A stretch of DNA of 64,000 bases from Lingula anatina (GCA_051362555.1 CM120645.1:24084934-24148933); one strand, 5' to 3'; numbered from the stretch's first letter, positions 35,135 through 47,638 are shown. Notes: generated by a model from the letters alone, not told the origin. A program made the numbers and translations.

Positions 35135-37038
35135 TAAGGCACTACCACTATGATACTATCCACTTGATCAAACTCTATCTTGCTTAACATCTTTCCTATT
35201 AAAGAAAAAGGTGGAAATGCATAAGCATTTATCTGTGACCAGTCAATAGACAAGGCATCTGTTGTCATAGCAAATGGATCAGGTTTCCATGATACATATT
35301 TAGGTAGTTGATTATTCAGCCTTGAAGCAAACAGATCTGTTTCTGGTAGATAAAACTGCTTAGTTATATCTTTAAATACTGTTTGGTGCAACTTCCATTC
35401 AAGATTATCATGATCAAGTCTACTTTCTTTATCAGCTTCTACATTATTTTCTGATTCAATATATGCAACTGATAACCATATATTTTTTCCCTTGCACCAT
35501 AACCAAATTTTTCTGGCCAAATTATTTAGCGAGGGTATTTTCCCTCCCATTCGAGCAATATATGACAAAGCAGTTGTATTATCTATACACATTTTAATGT
35601 GAATATTTGTTTCATCTCGTGCAAAGCATTTTAGAGCAAACCATGCAGCTAATAATTCAAGATGATTAATGTGAAAAGTACTTTCAACTGCTGACCAGTT
35701 TCCTCCTGATGTGATGCCCCTGCATGCTCCCCCCCATCCTTTTTCTGATGCATCAGAATAAATAACTAATGAAGGGTTCCCATGTGAAATCAACTTAAAA
35801 CTTGAATGAATATTTTGTATCCACCAAGTCAAGTCTAGTTTCAAGGCATCATCATTGGCAATCTGCAATTTTGCTTGAAAGTCTCCTTTACTAGCTTTCA
35901 AAGCTTGATTTTTTCTCATATCCAGTGACCTATAAAAAAGAGGCCCATATTCTACACCAGGAAAAGATGCTACCAATAATCCTACTACTTTTGCCAATTG
36001 TAGTATAGTTATACAGTCCTGCTGTAAGAGATCGGTACATGCCGAAAATATTTTATCTGCTTGTCTCTTGTTTAAGGACACTCGCATTTTTACAGAATCC
36101 AATGTAAAGCCTAAAAAATCCAACTTTTGTGTTGGTTCTAAAACAGACTTAGTTGGATGCACAGTAAACCCTGCTTGAGTAGAAACATTAACTGTTTGCA
36201 TCACATTCTCTCTGCAATCTTGCAAAGATTCTCCAACTAAGAGACTGTCATCAATGTATGGACAATTCATGTGACCTAATTTCCTCAAATAGGAAAAAAT
36301 TGGTTTGGTAACTTTAGTAAAAACACGTGGTCCACTCGCCAAGCCATTTGGTAAAACCTGATATTCATACAAGTTCCCATCAAATTCAAATCTTAACAGT
36401 TTCTTGTGTTCATCACAAACTGCCAGACAATAATAAGCATCTTTCCAATCTATGGTTGACATAAAACACTGAGGTTTCATAAGATTAATGGCTGACTGCA
36501 AACTGGTCATCTTAAAATGATGATATACAACAGAAGCATTAAGTTTCCTCAGATTTAAAATCAATCTGTACTTTCCATCTTTTTTCTCTCTTAAGAAAAT
36601 ATTGGAAATAAATTCACCTGCACAATGTTTGACCTTTCGTATCACTTTCTTCTCTAAAAGTTGATGGATTTCAGTACAAATTATATCAGATTCTACTTTA
36701 TTGAAAGCATAAGTCTGAGGAATTCTCGACTGTTGTGTTGATTGGTCTATTTCAATATTGATACCATATGAAACAGTATTCAGTATATACTTATCTGACG
36801 TAAGATTTGGCCAAAACTTTTTGCACTTTTGTAAATTACCTGCAGTAAAATTTGCTATCTCAGTGGCCAATTTATCTTTTAAAGCATCAATATATGATGA
36901 CCAATTGATACTGACCTCTTTAGGTGCTTCATTTTTTCTCTCTAATCCCGCTTGGGCTTGCCTGCGTGATTTGGCCTTGATTTCTTGAAATTTCTGTAGC
37001 CGTTTTTTGAAGGTGTGTACTTTTGAAAACCTCTTGGC
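34828..37038 (-). CDS. DIRS pol: reverse transcriptase, RNase H and Dam-like methyltransferase domain
   Basis: KKDGKYRLILNL, DWKDAY, LPNGLASGPRVFTK, YIDD; SDAS..GWG, HINHLELLA, DNTTA, NVEADKESR; DLFASRLN, YAFPPF. The frame stays open upstream of the called start (36870) to a TAG at ~37040. Confidence 0.95.
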   Translation of the reverse strand, partial: AKRFSKVHTFKKRLQKFQEIKAKSRRQAQAGLERKNEAPKEVSINWSSYIDALKDKLATEIANFTAGNLQKCKKFWPNLTSDKYILNTVSYGINIEIDQSTQQSRIPQTYAFNKVESDIICTEIHQLLEKKVIRKVKHCAGEFISNIFLREKKDGKYRLILNLRKLNASVVYHHFKMTSLQSAINLMKPQCFMSTIDWKDAYYCLAVCDEHKKLLRFEFDGNLYEYQVLPNGLASGPRVFTKVTKPIFSYLRKLGHMNCPYIDDSLLVGESLQDCRENVMQTVNVSTQAGFTVHPTKSVLEPTQKLDFLGFTLDSVKMRVSLNKRQADKIFSACTDLLQQDCITILQLAKVVGLLVASFPGVEYGPLFYRSLDMRKNQALKASKGDFQAKLQIANDDALKLDLTWWIQNIHSSFKLISHGNPSLVIYSDASEKGWGGACRGITSGGNWSAVESTFHINHLELLAAWFALKCFARDETNIHIKMCIDNTTALSYIARMGGKIPSLNNLARKIWLWCKGKNIWLSVAYIESENNVEADKESRLDHDNLEWKLHQTVFKDITKQFYLPETDLFASRLNNQLPKYVSWKPDPFAMTTDALSIDWSQINAYAFPPFSLIGKMLSKIEFDQVDSIIVVVPYWTTQVWFSKLSHMLISCPFLLPRKQELLWHPHKNMDNHLPKLQLMACVLSGKVSKTWHFRQQLSNWSCPHGEIQLSSNTNLTFPDGFNIVVRGTLIPCHQM

Positions 37039-40000
37039 CTATATGCTGGGCGATTACGCCCATAGTAATCTTTACGGCTTCCGACTTTTGTTGCTACCTT
37101 GTTGGTTTCATTGATACCTTTCACAACCCCGGCAAAATCATCGCCAAATAACCATTCGGTAATGGGGGTGTCCGGTGAACAAACGTCTCTGTACTCCCTG
37201 TGCAAGTCTGGTTTTATCAGTTCTCTCCTTCTAAGGGATATCTCAATGCTGCCATTGGCAACAAACGAAAACGCATTTAATACAAGAGACAAACCAGCTG
37301 GAATATCAAATGACTCCTTTTTATTTTTAGCCTCCAGAAACATATTCGCAAGTTGGGCCAGAGGTGTGAGCGCTCTGACCACCCTGGTCTGCGCTTTCTG
37401 TAATCTAATATCTTTACCTCTGGTAGCAGGTAGAATTTTATTCCACACCTCTGTATTAACTTTGGGCACTTTCAGCCCACTCAAGTTCGCTGGAGGTGGA
37501 AACTTCTCCAACTTTTCCTTAATTTTCTCATCCGAAATTCTTTTTGACGTTATTCTGTTGAGAATCTCCGCCAATTCTGGCATCATACTAGGAGATGTTG
37601 CTTCTTCGTCAATTAAAAGGACACAAAAGAGGATTTTCGCGCCAAAATTGATTTATCCTGATTTATCCCGAGGTTAACACTACTTTTCCGCGATTTACCA
37701 ACCTTTAATCTATCATTCCCGGCACTCGCCATCGCTCTGTAACATTTTTGGAAAATACAATAAAAAGAAAACCTCCGCTTAAGCGGAGGTTTACCAACAA
37801 CCACCTCCATTTTCATCATTGAGCTCTCTAGACTTCCGGATCTCGCGAGATTCTCGTAAATGCGACCTAGTTAAAACCAGTTCAAGCTGCCGGGAAAGGA
37901 CAACGTGAAACAGGACGCTCAGTTATGCTGGGAGTCCTTCGAAGAAGCGAAGACAGATTAAAAAAAAAAAAAGAAACAGCCTTTACAAAAAACATGCGTA
38001 AAACAGTGTATCAGCAAATGTACGACAGGCAAACAATAAACACCGGCGAGGAAGAAGGCAGATGAAAACGTGCACGCTTGGGTGGCCATGGATACGAAGA
38101 ATGGCCTGGCCGCGAAGTATTTACTGGATTTGTGAGTACCATTTACAATAATCTGAGATAAGACACCAGTGAAAATATTTATTAAGCACAGAGATTTATG
38201 TTTATTTACGTGTGTTCGTTGTATATCTTAACGATTGTCAGGCTCGTCTGTCAAAATATGCCATGAAATTGTAACTAATATGAGTGGTATCGATGACAGA
38301 AATTGCAAGTGTTGCTCATATGTCGACTCTGACAGGGTTTGGGTTAGTTTATAGAGCAAAGAAAGTTTAAATAAAAACGGACACGGTGGGAGATACTAGT
38401 CTCATTACATGTACATTACAATGACCGGGGCGAATTTTTGACTTACCGAGGGCACATTTCTTGTGCCTCTAACATCTAGGCATACCACAGTAATTAAGAC
38501 ATATGACAAAGATGCTATTTCTTTAGGCATCTAAATCCCAAAATGAATGTGCAGAAGCTGTTATTGTATCTAAGTTTAACCCAATGTTAAATGGCATGTC
38601 AACTATAAGTGAAAATAAATAGTAGTATTTTGATTTAATATTTTAAAGACAATTTGTCTCCTTTTTACATTAAAAATAAATAAATCAGAAAGGGGATATT
38701 GCATGTTTATGTTTGGTACATCTCTCTAATGTATTAAATAGTCCAGAGTAATAATTTATATCATACAATTTTAACTTCCAACCAGTATTTCGGAGATTAA
38801 ACCAATATGAAGTGATCAAGAAACTTCAAAATTAAGTTGTAGTTAATACTAGTGCAGTTGAAGATGACAGTCTAGATAATTTAAGGTGATCAAATTGAGA
38901 AAAATGGCATTTATACTTATTTCAGTTATGTTTTTACATAATTTTTCTCAAACTCGATTATCTTATTTTATGTACTGTTGCTTTTTTTTTTTTTTGGTTG
39001 CAGTATCAAGGTAACTTTTTCCTATAGTATGCCTGAACTGGAATAAGTGCAGATGGAAGAGGAGGAAGATGCTGAAGAAGAGGGAATTAAAGGATCCTGA
39101 TGATCCAACATGGGACTAAAACATGTCTTTAGAGTAAGCAGAATTTTAATAAGCTGATATTCACTCCTCATATATTAGGCATATAGGTGCATGATTTCTC
39201 TTTTATCAAATTTTTTTCCAAATTGGCGATACATAATGTAAACATAATGCAAGACTCTATTTCCTCCGTCAACTGAAACGAGCTAAGCTTTACCAAAGTA
39301 TTGTGCACTCAATTCTAGAATATGCCTGCCCTGTGTGGCATCCAGGACTAACTATAGAGCAATGCAAACTCTAAGAGACTGACCAAACTAGTGCTTTGAA
39401 GATTATTTTCCCTGACCTATACTATGATGAAACCCTGAACCTGGCATATGTGTACTTTAGATAAACGAAGAGATCTGTGCAAAACTTTCTTTTACAAAAT
39501 AACTGAATCCTCTGACAAACTGAATCACATCTTTATTGATCAATCCAATCGTCTTTTAAGATCAAACAATAGTAACAAAGTGCCACAATTTAAGACCGAC
39601 AGATTCTGATGCTCTTTTATTCCGTATGCACTTTTAAATTTCCAATAGTATTTTGTCTTTTATCCTAAGTACAATAATTTTAAAGTTCAATTAGCAGTCT
39701 TTTAACTCAGTTTTATTCAAGCAAATATTCACTTTATTTTCATTATAATTTTCTTAACACTATGTACAACTTCAACCCACTGAGTTGCAATCTTAATATA
39801 TTATTATTATTATTATTTTGATTTGCTTTTTTAGACCTAAAGGTTATGAGCAACTGCCACTATGATGTCCTGAAGAAGAGTTTTTTACATGGAAGAGGAA
39901 CTCCATGGCTCTCCACCAAAAAAAGAGGAACTTTTCTTGAGGGTCCAAAGCGGGGACGAGTTGAATAGTGAGAGACTTTTCCTGACTTTCGAGTGCTGCT

Positions 40001-43000
40001 TACAGGATATATTCAGTGAACTCATCTTGCCAATGTGACAAAGCATAATCTGCTGACTTCAAACCATCTAGCACTTACATGTATGCTATAATGCAGACAG
40101 ATTGGAAATCAAGGTGGTCTTTCCTCCCAAACCTAAGTCATATGCCTGATATTGAGAATAAACCATTTTGGTCCAGCATTTACTTCTTAAATCTAAATGA
40201 CATCAAATGTATTATGGAATATGGTACTGGTGGCATATTGTGATTTCAACTTGATTTTAAACCAGTGTGTTGTTAGATTTTGTAAGATCACCAGTTGCAG
40301 TTTTGTGACTTTGTTACAGCATAAAATTCTGTATTTGGCAAATGACTGCATGTCATTTCTTTTAAGACCTACAAAAATGGTTTGAGTGAACACTTGTGCC
40401 TGTATTCAATTCTCCACTCAGCCATTATTTAGAATTCATGCAGGGAAGCCATGCCTGTATTTTTTAAAGAAATATTTAAACCTTTCTATTTATTCCCTGC
40501 ACATCTTGGAAAAGTATGTGTGAATATCTTACTGATGAAACAATTTATGTTTGTGTAAGTTGGGTTGGTCCTTTCTTATGACACATCCCTTTGCATGGAG
40601 ACTTTTGTGTCAGCTCACATGAGTCAATACACTGACAGAGAGGGGGATAATTTGTTGATCTGCAATCCTCATGGGTCTGCATGTACATCAGACTCTTAAC
40701 ATGATAAACTGGCTTTTAATAAGTCTCTCTCAAAAATGTTATCATACTATAATGTGTACTGCACAATGTGAAAGTTTGTGAATGCTTGAATAGAAGGCTT
40801 ATTTATGAAGATGGCATTAATGAGTATGAAAATAATTATGCATTCTAGCTTACAGAATCTGTGTATGTCTTATTCATTACATGTAATAGGTAATAATAAA
40901 GATGATTTGGCCAAATTCCAAACTTATGTAGCAAACTTTGTTTATTCTTGTATTTTTGCCAAATATAAATAAAAGATGTTTCAATATTTAAACTTTTATT
41001 TCATTCATAATCTCTACCCAGTTAATGCTACATTGATACTGCAGCTTATGCTTTGTACATAACAATATGTTAATTAATAATAACAGTTGGATAGTACATG
41101 TTAATTTACTAAAGGGCTAGTTCTTAGAAAAACGTGTTCGACATTAAAATATATTCTAAAAAAGTTTTCAAGTATTGCATTAGAATTGAATCTTTGGATG
41201 TATTTGACAAAATTATAAAATTATTGAAGAGTTGACAATGCACAGAAAATAAAGGCCTTGAGGCTCTCGCTGATCTCAGTCTTGTCACTTTAAATACATG
41301 TACATGGGCATTATAATATAAAACTGTTCACTCGGTTTTGGTAAAAGGTGGTGGATCATGTGGCCATCGCTGCAAATTTTTTGTAGCAGTCTTTTACACA
41401 ACTTGTCACACCGACATTGAAGTGATGCAGTATTGTAAGATTGGAGTGCTTCCTGGTATGAGTTTTCCAGACATAACTTGAGGCACTGTAATAGTAAAAT
41501 TACATAAAATGGTTATAAAGAAAAAAATGTATTGATATTATCATAACAGCACTATTCTTTAACAAAAATCAACAAATTAGAGGGCATGATCACTACATGA
41601 TAACCAGCTTATTATAAAGAATCAAGTCTGATTATGGCAAAAAAAAAAAAAATTAAATTTAAATATCTGCAGCTGCATTAAATCATAAAGGCCACAAGAA
41701 GAAATAACATAACCACACATGGTTTCAAAGAACTGATGTAAAAAAATCACACTAATATTCCCCACTTGGAATTAGAAATTTGACTAGCTAATTTACTACA
41801 GTAAAGTGCTAAACCGTACCAAATGCCACTGTTCACCCTTTAAAATACCAAAGTTTTAAGCAGGCCCAGGACCCCACGCCAACTAGGGGGGGTCGGCTTT
41901 GCATCCGCGGACCCCCCCCCCCCTTTCAAATAATCCTGGATCCGCCCATGTTATACTGCTAAAATTATTAACATACCTGATCTCTTCACTCGTGCTTGAA
42001 GGGGTGTATCACCCAATTCCTCCTCTGAAAGGCTAAAAAATCATTCCTTATAATCATATTCATTGACAATATTATCAAATTTACAAATAAGCTAACGTAG
42101 TTACGTGCCGTACAAAGAACACCCTCTAACCCCACTAGTACTCGAGTTACATTGTATATCTCATGAGAGTCCCCTGCGAGAATATGGTGTGAGGTTAGTC
42201 TGTAAGTACTGGTAGATGACCACATTGAGCAGAAAAGGGTATTCCTCCTGCTTTACAGAACTATCGATACACCTCAGGGGTAAAGTGCACTATCTCGCTT
42301 CATATAACTAGTAGTACGTACCCAGTGCGAGTGATTTGGCTGCGAGTGCGTTACCCGAGGAAACGTTAATTATTAGCAGTTATCTACGCTTTTTAACTTC
42401 CTCTGTCAGACATTTTGATTTCCACTGCCATCTTCCCATTTTAAAGTACTTTTGGTAAATAAAACTCGCTTACCTGCAAAGATTCGGTGAGCAATTCCTC
42501 TTCTCCTTCACGTCCACGCTCACCTTCGAAACGACATGCTGTCTGCATTGTTTACATCTCGTATCTGAGTCGAGAAGCCGCGTTATTTCAAACTGTGTCA
42601 AGATGGCTGACGCCCGGGGTTCGAAAGTGGACGGTGAATATGATTCTGTATTTCGATATTGATTAAGGCCATTTACCTGCCATTTTATGCTTTACCCATA
42701 GCAATTGTTCTCAGATGAGTTTAAAAAGAAGCAATCCATGCACTAAAAAGGCGTTTTTAATCCTATTTTTTGTCCCTTTAATTCTTGGGAAATCTTCTCA
42801 AGAATTATATTCCCTTCCGTTTCACTGTGGATTTCAGTATTAGTCAGTAGGTTGTCAACTTCTAAATCCATATCAAGCGACTCCTCATCGCTAAGAGCCA
42901 ACAAATCGTCTTCGTCGACTTCTAAAGGACGTTTACTGTTTTCATTGATTTGTTTTTGCATTTGCTCCATTTTTTGGAGAATTTGACCCAAAAGATCGAC

Positions 43001-43243
43001 ATTCCCCCCATCGGAGGTGTCATTCGACGTGCTAGCCGAAGCACGTGGTGTCGGCACTTTCACCTCCTCATTAGAAATCTCCTTAGACGCACTGACAACC
43101 CGTTTCGCATGTGTTTTTATCTCCTTGTCAGTCTTTTGTTTTGGTCTACTCTCTTTGACGATAACTTTACTGGTTTTTGAACCCGAATTTTCGGGCTGAT
43201 TGTTACCTTCAGAATTTTTATCCGCCATTTTTATCGGTGTCAC
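36942..43243 (-). CDS. DIRS gag, split by the Kolobok insertion (parts 43243-42778 and 37612-36942)
   Basis: Removing 37617-42777 and one TTAA restores the frame: ..EKISQE-L-IDEEATSPSMMPELAE.. Motifs PPANL..LKVPKVNTEVW, DIRLQKAQ, RRRELIKPDL, WLFGDD. Confidence 0.9.
39221..39817 (+). pseudogene. 5'-truncated LINE (CR1/L2-group) RT C-terminus with (TAT)n tail
   Basis: RLYFLRQLKRA..SILEYACPVWHPGLT..ALKIIFPDLYYDETL with stops, ending in a TATTATTAT run. Confidence 0.8.
41300..41487 (-). pseudogene. Short LINE 3' fragment
   Basis: Minus-strand translation SYQEALQ..LQCRCDKLCKRLLQKI..HMIHHLLPKP, typical of the C-terminus of CR1-group ORF2. Confidence 0.6.
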
Positions 43244-44717
43244 TGTATAAAACTTTTACCACGCTTAATATACTTTTATTGCGCAGTACACTTGTGCGCA
43301 TATAAATTGAAGCGCAGTAGCAATGTGCGCAGACGTAGCCACAGAACAGTGCTTGTAACAGTCTGAAACGCTAATCCCAACACATGAAAACAGTAGTTAG
43401 CACGATTTCGTGCATTTATTGCGATAAATATGTATCAGTGTGTATTAAAACACACATCACTGTATTAACAGTATGTCAGCAAAAAACTCAAAACACTGCA
43501 GAAATATTAATTTCATGCAGCTTGTAAATCCGCGTGCGCTTCGCTGAGAAACGGCGCAATGAATGACGCTGAGCTGCGCGCGCATCTCTCATTTGGAGCC
43601 TATTACGTCACTAGACGGTGATGTGGAATCTGTGTTTACAAGTACGATTGACATTGGCATACTGAGTGGCTTTACTGATTATTTTATATTCATCCGAGAA
43701 TTTATGGACAGGTCACTGTGTTTTTTAATATAATTTTAGTGTCCTTCTGATATCATTTCTTTGATTGAATTCATCAATGAAGAAAAAAATCCATGGCTTA
43801 TTCTAAGTCATAGAGCAACCATTTGAAACGTTATTTGGATGTCCGTATTATCCAAATTATCTACTGTTAAAGAGGTACACTGTTTACAGAGGACAAACAT
43901 ATAAGTATTTATTCACAGCAGCGGTAAGCTGTGTATCTGGCCTTTCGGTTTTTCGATTAGTGAATTAATTACTACCCACAGGTTGTCTACAGGTTCAAAG
44001 CCACGTTAGCTGTCCAGTCCCATGGTTCTGAAAGTTATCTGCGAATACAAGTACGCTTTGTGTAAGGACGTCTCAATCTTGTAAAATAAAAAATTTGTCT
44101 TCTGTCAACTGGGAGGCAGGCGGTTTTCAGAGTAAATCTACATTAGGTTCAGGTTTTCATGGATGACTACCAATTGGGAATTCCGGCCCCCAGTCCGTCT
44201 TTGCGTTAAATAGGTGAGGCAGGTAATTTCGACTCCCTCCTAGATGATGGTTACATTATTTACTTTGTCGTACACTAGCAAATGAACAGACTTTATGGTA
44301 AAAGATGTCAGACGTTCGGTGTGACAAGTGTAAAAATTCTGTCAGACTGAAACAAAATCCGTAAAACCAAAACTAAATTATAGAAATTATTTGATGTTTA
44401 AATAATTTCAGGTGTAATTATCACTGTTCTCTATCATAGACAATCATTGTTCAACTGTGTTCCATTTATTTCATAATTTTGTAACATTTTTAGACACAAA
44501 AATATATATTTTAATACTTTAAGACTAAACATATGTATTACTTATGATATACACGGCTAGATTATATTTATTATCCATTAAGTGTCTTTACCATGATCAT
44601 TTTGTAAAAATTTGGTGCCGTATCGTTAAAAGTCTTTGCCTCCCTGAAAATGTGATGGTGCTTTGTAAGTTGACATTCCATGTAATCTTTCCTAACAAAT
44701 ACCTGTACAGGTATATA

Positions 44718-46352
44718 CAGACTTGACATTTAATATGGAATATTTTTTTCCACATAATTTTTCATCAGTTTTTTTCCTATTTTGCTGACTGATAAATAAA
44801 AATAAGGATTAAAATCGTGTTTTAATAACTTTTAATTATCTCTTCATTTATGGAATTCGCCAGAGAAGCAAACAAAAAAACACATTGCCTATTCTATGTC
44901 ATACGACAACCGTTAAAAGATATATTTTGGATCTCCATATTTTCCATATTATTGTCTGTAGAAAGAGTTACACGCTCCACAAAGGACCCTCATGTCAGTG
45001 TCTAGTCAAAGTAATGGTCGCTGCTACACCTGACCTCTTCTGGCTGCTACCAGCGCTCTCCAGCGACAAGGCATTCCTTGGAATAGGTTTTTAGAGTTCA
45101 ATCTGGAAAAAAATTCGAGGCATCGTTCAAAATATGTCCAATTTGGTCCAGTTTTGTTGTAGAACATGTAAGCCATTGATTCGGCGAGTAATGGCCTACC
45201 CACATATTGTCTATATGGTTCAAATATGGCTGATGACCAAGGTATCTGCTCATTCCCTTGGTTCTGTAAGTAATCTGCTATTAAATGTGCTCTGTGTGAA
45301 CCGGCAATATTACCGTGCAACCTTAAATTGTTCCTATGGTGCCCCCTATCAAATGATAGTCAAGTGGTTCCCAGTTTATTCCTTTATTTGATCTGGTTCA
45401 GGTTTTCGTCGATGACTACCATTAGTGTTTTGGCACCAATGTGGTATCAACTCCAAATACTGACGCTGTTAATAACCTTAGTCACTTTACAAGCGGCACA
45501 CGCTTCGTCGTTGGTCTCTTCTGGATTGTCTGTAAATTCTGTTTTGACTAGTTGAGCGGTACAGGTGAAATCTGACCTCAATAAAGAAAGCCATGAGATT
45601 TCAGTATTCAACCCAGAAAGAGTCAAGTTCCCCAATTAATTAGAGAAACATACAACGATGTTTTGCTGTTTACACTGGGTTCCTCGGAGGTCGTCTGGTA
45701 TTCTAACCTGCTTAAATCAGTTTGGTGTTCGCTAAGGGCCTTGAAAAATGCGTTTTGGTGGCAATTTACCCTTCATTCTGAACGGACTAGGTGGTTATTG
45801 TGTAGCTGCCACAGCATATCCCGAAAGACAGTGGGTCCCGTATTCTGGTGGTAAGTATTCAATACATTGGGTGTGGCATCTGTGTAGGTACACCAGTCTG
45901 GGCATTACTCTATAAATCTGTGCGAAGTGTTTCGTGTGACGCAATTATCTGTCTGGCAATGTCTCTTTTCCCCGCGCCATTCTGCCACAGATTACCAAAA
46001 CTGTAAAGCACTGCATAGCTCATTTTACACATTGCAAAACCGACCACTTGCATGCAAAATTTCAAATTCTTCTATGCAGTAGTTGCCGACAAATGGATAC
46101 TTTTTTTGACAGAACCATGCTTTGCCAAAGCCAAGCTTTGACCTACCCAAAGGAGCACTACCCAATTAAATCACTGCATATTACATATAGTGCAGCAGCG
46201 CAATAAACCTGGTATTCAGTTAATTGGCACCGACACACCTGACTACACACATCTACATTCACATATCTTATATGAGATCGAAGTTTTTTGAACGCATTTT
46301 TACCTAGGCATTCCTTCGAAACTGAAAACTTCCATTTTAAATGTCAAGTCTG
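44718..46352 (-). mobile_element. Decayed Tc1-like transposon (~1.63 kb)
   Basis: TIR CAGACTTGACATTTAA.ATGGAA at both ends with TA flanks. Broken transposase: HGNIAGSHRAHLIADYLQNQG..IPW (QDNA.PH-like), VVIDENLN, RALVAARRG. Confidence 0.88.
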
Positions 46353-47199
46353 TATATATTTTGTACCGGTAGTGTGATTGAGGGCATCCGTGATAGAGCA
46401 GTTTTACTGTTTACTGTGACATTTTGTTCTTGGTACTCGAGTTTAAGATATACCGGTTTCCTCTGTCATTGTCTGGGCACTGACAGTTTTCAGTCTGCAA
46501 ATTATATTTTTAACACTTAATCAAACAATAAGGCTTTTGTGCATTAACTTTATAACAACATATGGCCCATATCGTGTCCAGTTCACTTGCCATTTAGTTC
46601 AGAAATAAATGATATTTTTATGTAATCGATAACTCGTTGAACATGGATCCTGGGTGTATTTTCCTCTTCGTGTGTCTCTGTCTTGGTAATTTGAATCCCA
46701 GTAGTACACACAGTAATACCTTGATACAAGAAGTCATGAAGTTCATAAATTCTTCATAAGTAGCAAAAACTGTGTAAAGCTTAATAGATTTTAGTTCCTT
46801 TTTCCATAACTTTGTGCTAAAGAGTTTTTTTATCTACTTGAACTTCTTTCTTCCGGTCTCTGCGTAGGATCACAAGTCCTTTTGTAGTTCTGTCCGGAGC
46901 GTTCCTTGCGACACAATAATCTGTCTGGGAATTTCTGTCTGTTTTCTGCCTTTCTAGCTCATAGAATCAATACTGTGACTCACTGGTTCGCTTTATTCCC
47001 ACACCGTTAAACTGGCAACAGGTATAGAAAATTTCAAAGTCATCTGTGCAGACGTTAACGAAACGTGGAGGGAGACTTTTTAAACAGAACCATGCTCTGT
47101 CATAGTCATACCAGGATTAGCCCAAACAGTAATACCTAATGGAATTATGGCATATTACGTAGTGTAGGAGTGCTGCAGACAAGGTGGTCAATTAATTAT

Positions 47200-47638
47200 C
47201 AATTAGATAATTTAGGAAAAAAATTTAAGATATGCATCCGAATTAAGGTTAGCGTCACTTTGATGGTTTAATATTATTAAATGTATGAACATTTTATAAT
47301 TTTGTGTTATACCGTATCATATTATTACGTACTGGTACTGACACTTTTATACCTATAGGTACGCCTTTTAAGCTGAAATATCCAATATTAAATGTGAAAT
47401 CTGTAGTTCATTTTTAAATGCCTAGCCCATTGTACAGCACCCTTAAGCAGAAAAATATAGTATAAAAATCAAGTTCAGACTTCAAAGTATTATCGTTGAA
47501 CCATGTTTCGCAATTAGATAATTTAGGAAAAAATTTAAGATATGCATCCGAATTAAGGTTAGCGTCACTTTGATGGTTTAATATTATTAAATGTGTGAAC
47601 ATTTTATAATTGTGTGTTATACTCTATCATATTATTAC
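47200..47638 (+). repeat. ~128-bp near-identical direct repeat (47200-47328 and 47511-47638)
   Basis: CAATTAGATAATTTAGGAAAAAA..GATATGCATCCGAATTAAGGTTAGCGTCAC..TATCATATTATTAC occurs twice. Confidence 0.9.

Larger units (their letters stand above)
37617..42777 (+). mobile_element. Decayed Kolobok-like DNA transposon nested in DIRS gag
   Basis: TTAA TSD at 37613-37616 and 42778-42781. Purine-start TIRs AAGGACACAAAAGAGGATT and AGGGACAAAAAATAGGATT. Transposase-like remnants on + (..AKYLLD-GTGAGT at ~38130; acidic DPDDPTWD at ~39090; ERLFLTFECCLQDIF at ~39970). A possible opposite-strand exon MQTACRFEGE.. at 42548-42474. Confidence 0.8.
33345..43629 (-). mobile_element. Full-length DIRS1-like tyrosine-recombinase retrotransposon (~5.1 kb after removing the nested insertion)
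   Basis: gag, RT-RH-MT and YR ORFs. Non-identical inverted termini share ATGAGAGATGCGCGCGCAGCTCAGCGTCAT (33430-33459 / 43563-43592). Internal complementary region at 33533-33660. ATT at both ends, no TSD. Confidence 0.95.

Noticed and set aside
37099-37677. 192-aa plus-strand ORF
   Set aside because: Antisense shadow of gag that runs across the insertion junction; no motifs.
40470-40700. Possible remnant of the Kolobok accessory (KolX-like) C-terminus on the minus strand (CFISKI..FP)
   Set aside because: Too degenerate to support without a profile search.
42600-42635. tRNA/SINE B-box-like GGTTCGAA
   Set aside because: No cloverleaf or properly spaced A box; it lies in a transposon subterminal region.
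37613-42781. piggyBac assignment for the TTAA elements
   Set aside because: The termini begin with purines (AAGG/AGGG/AGAC) rather than CC, and the protein remnants resemble Kolobok.
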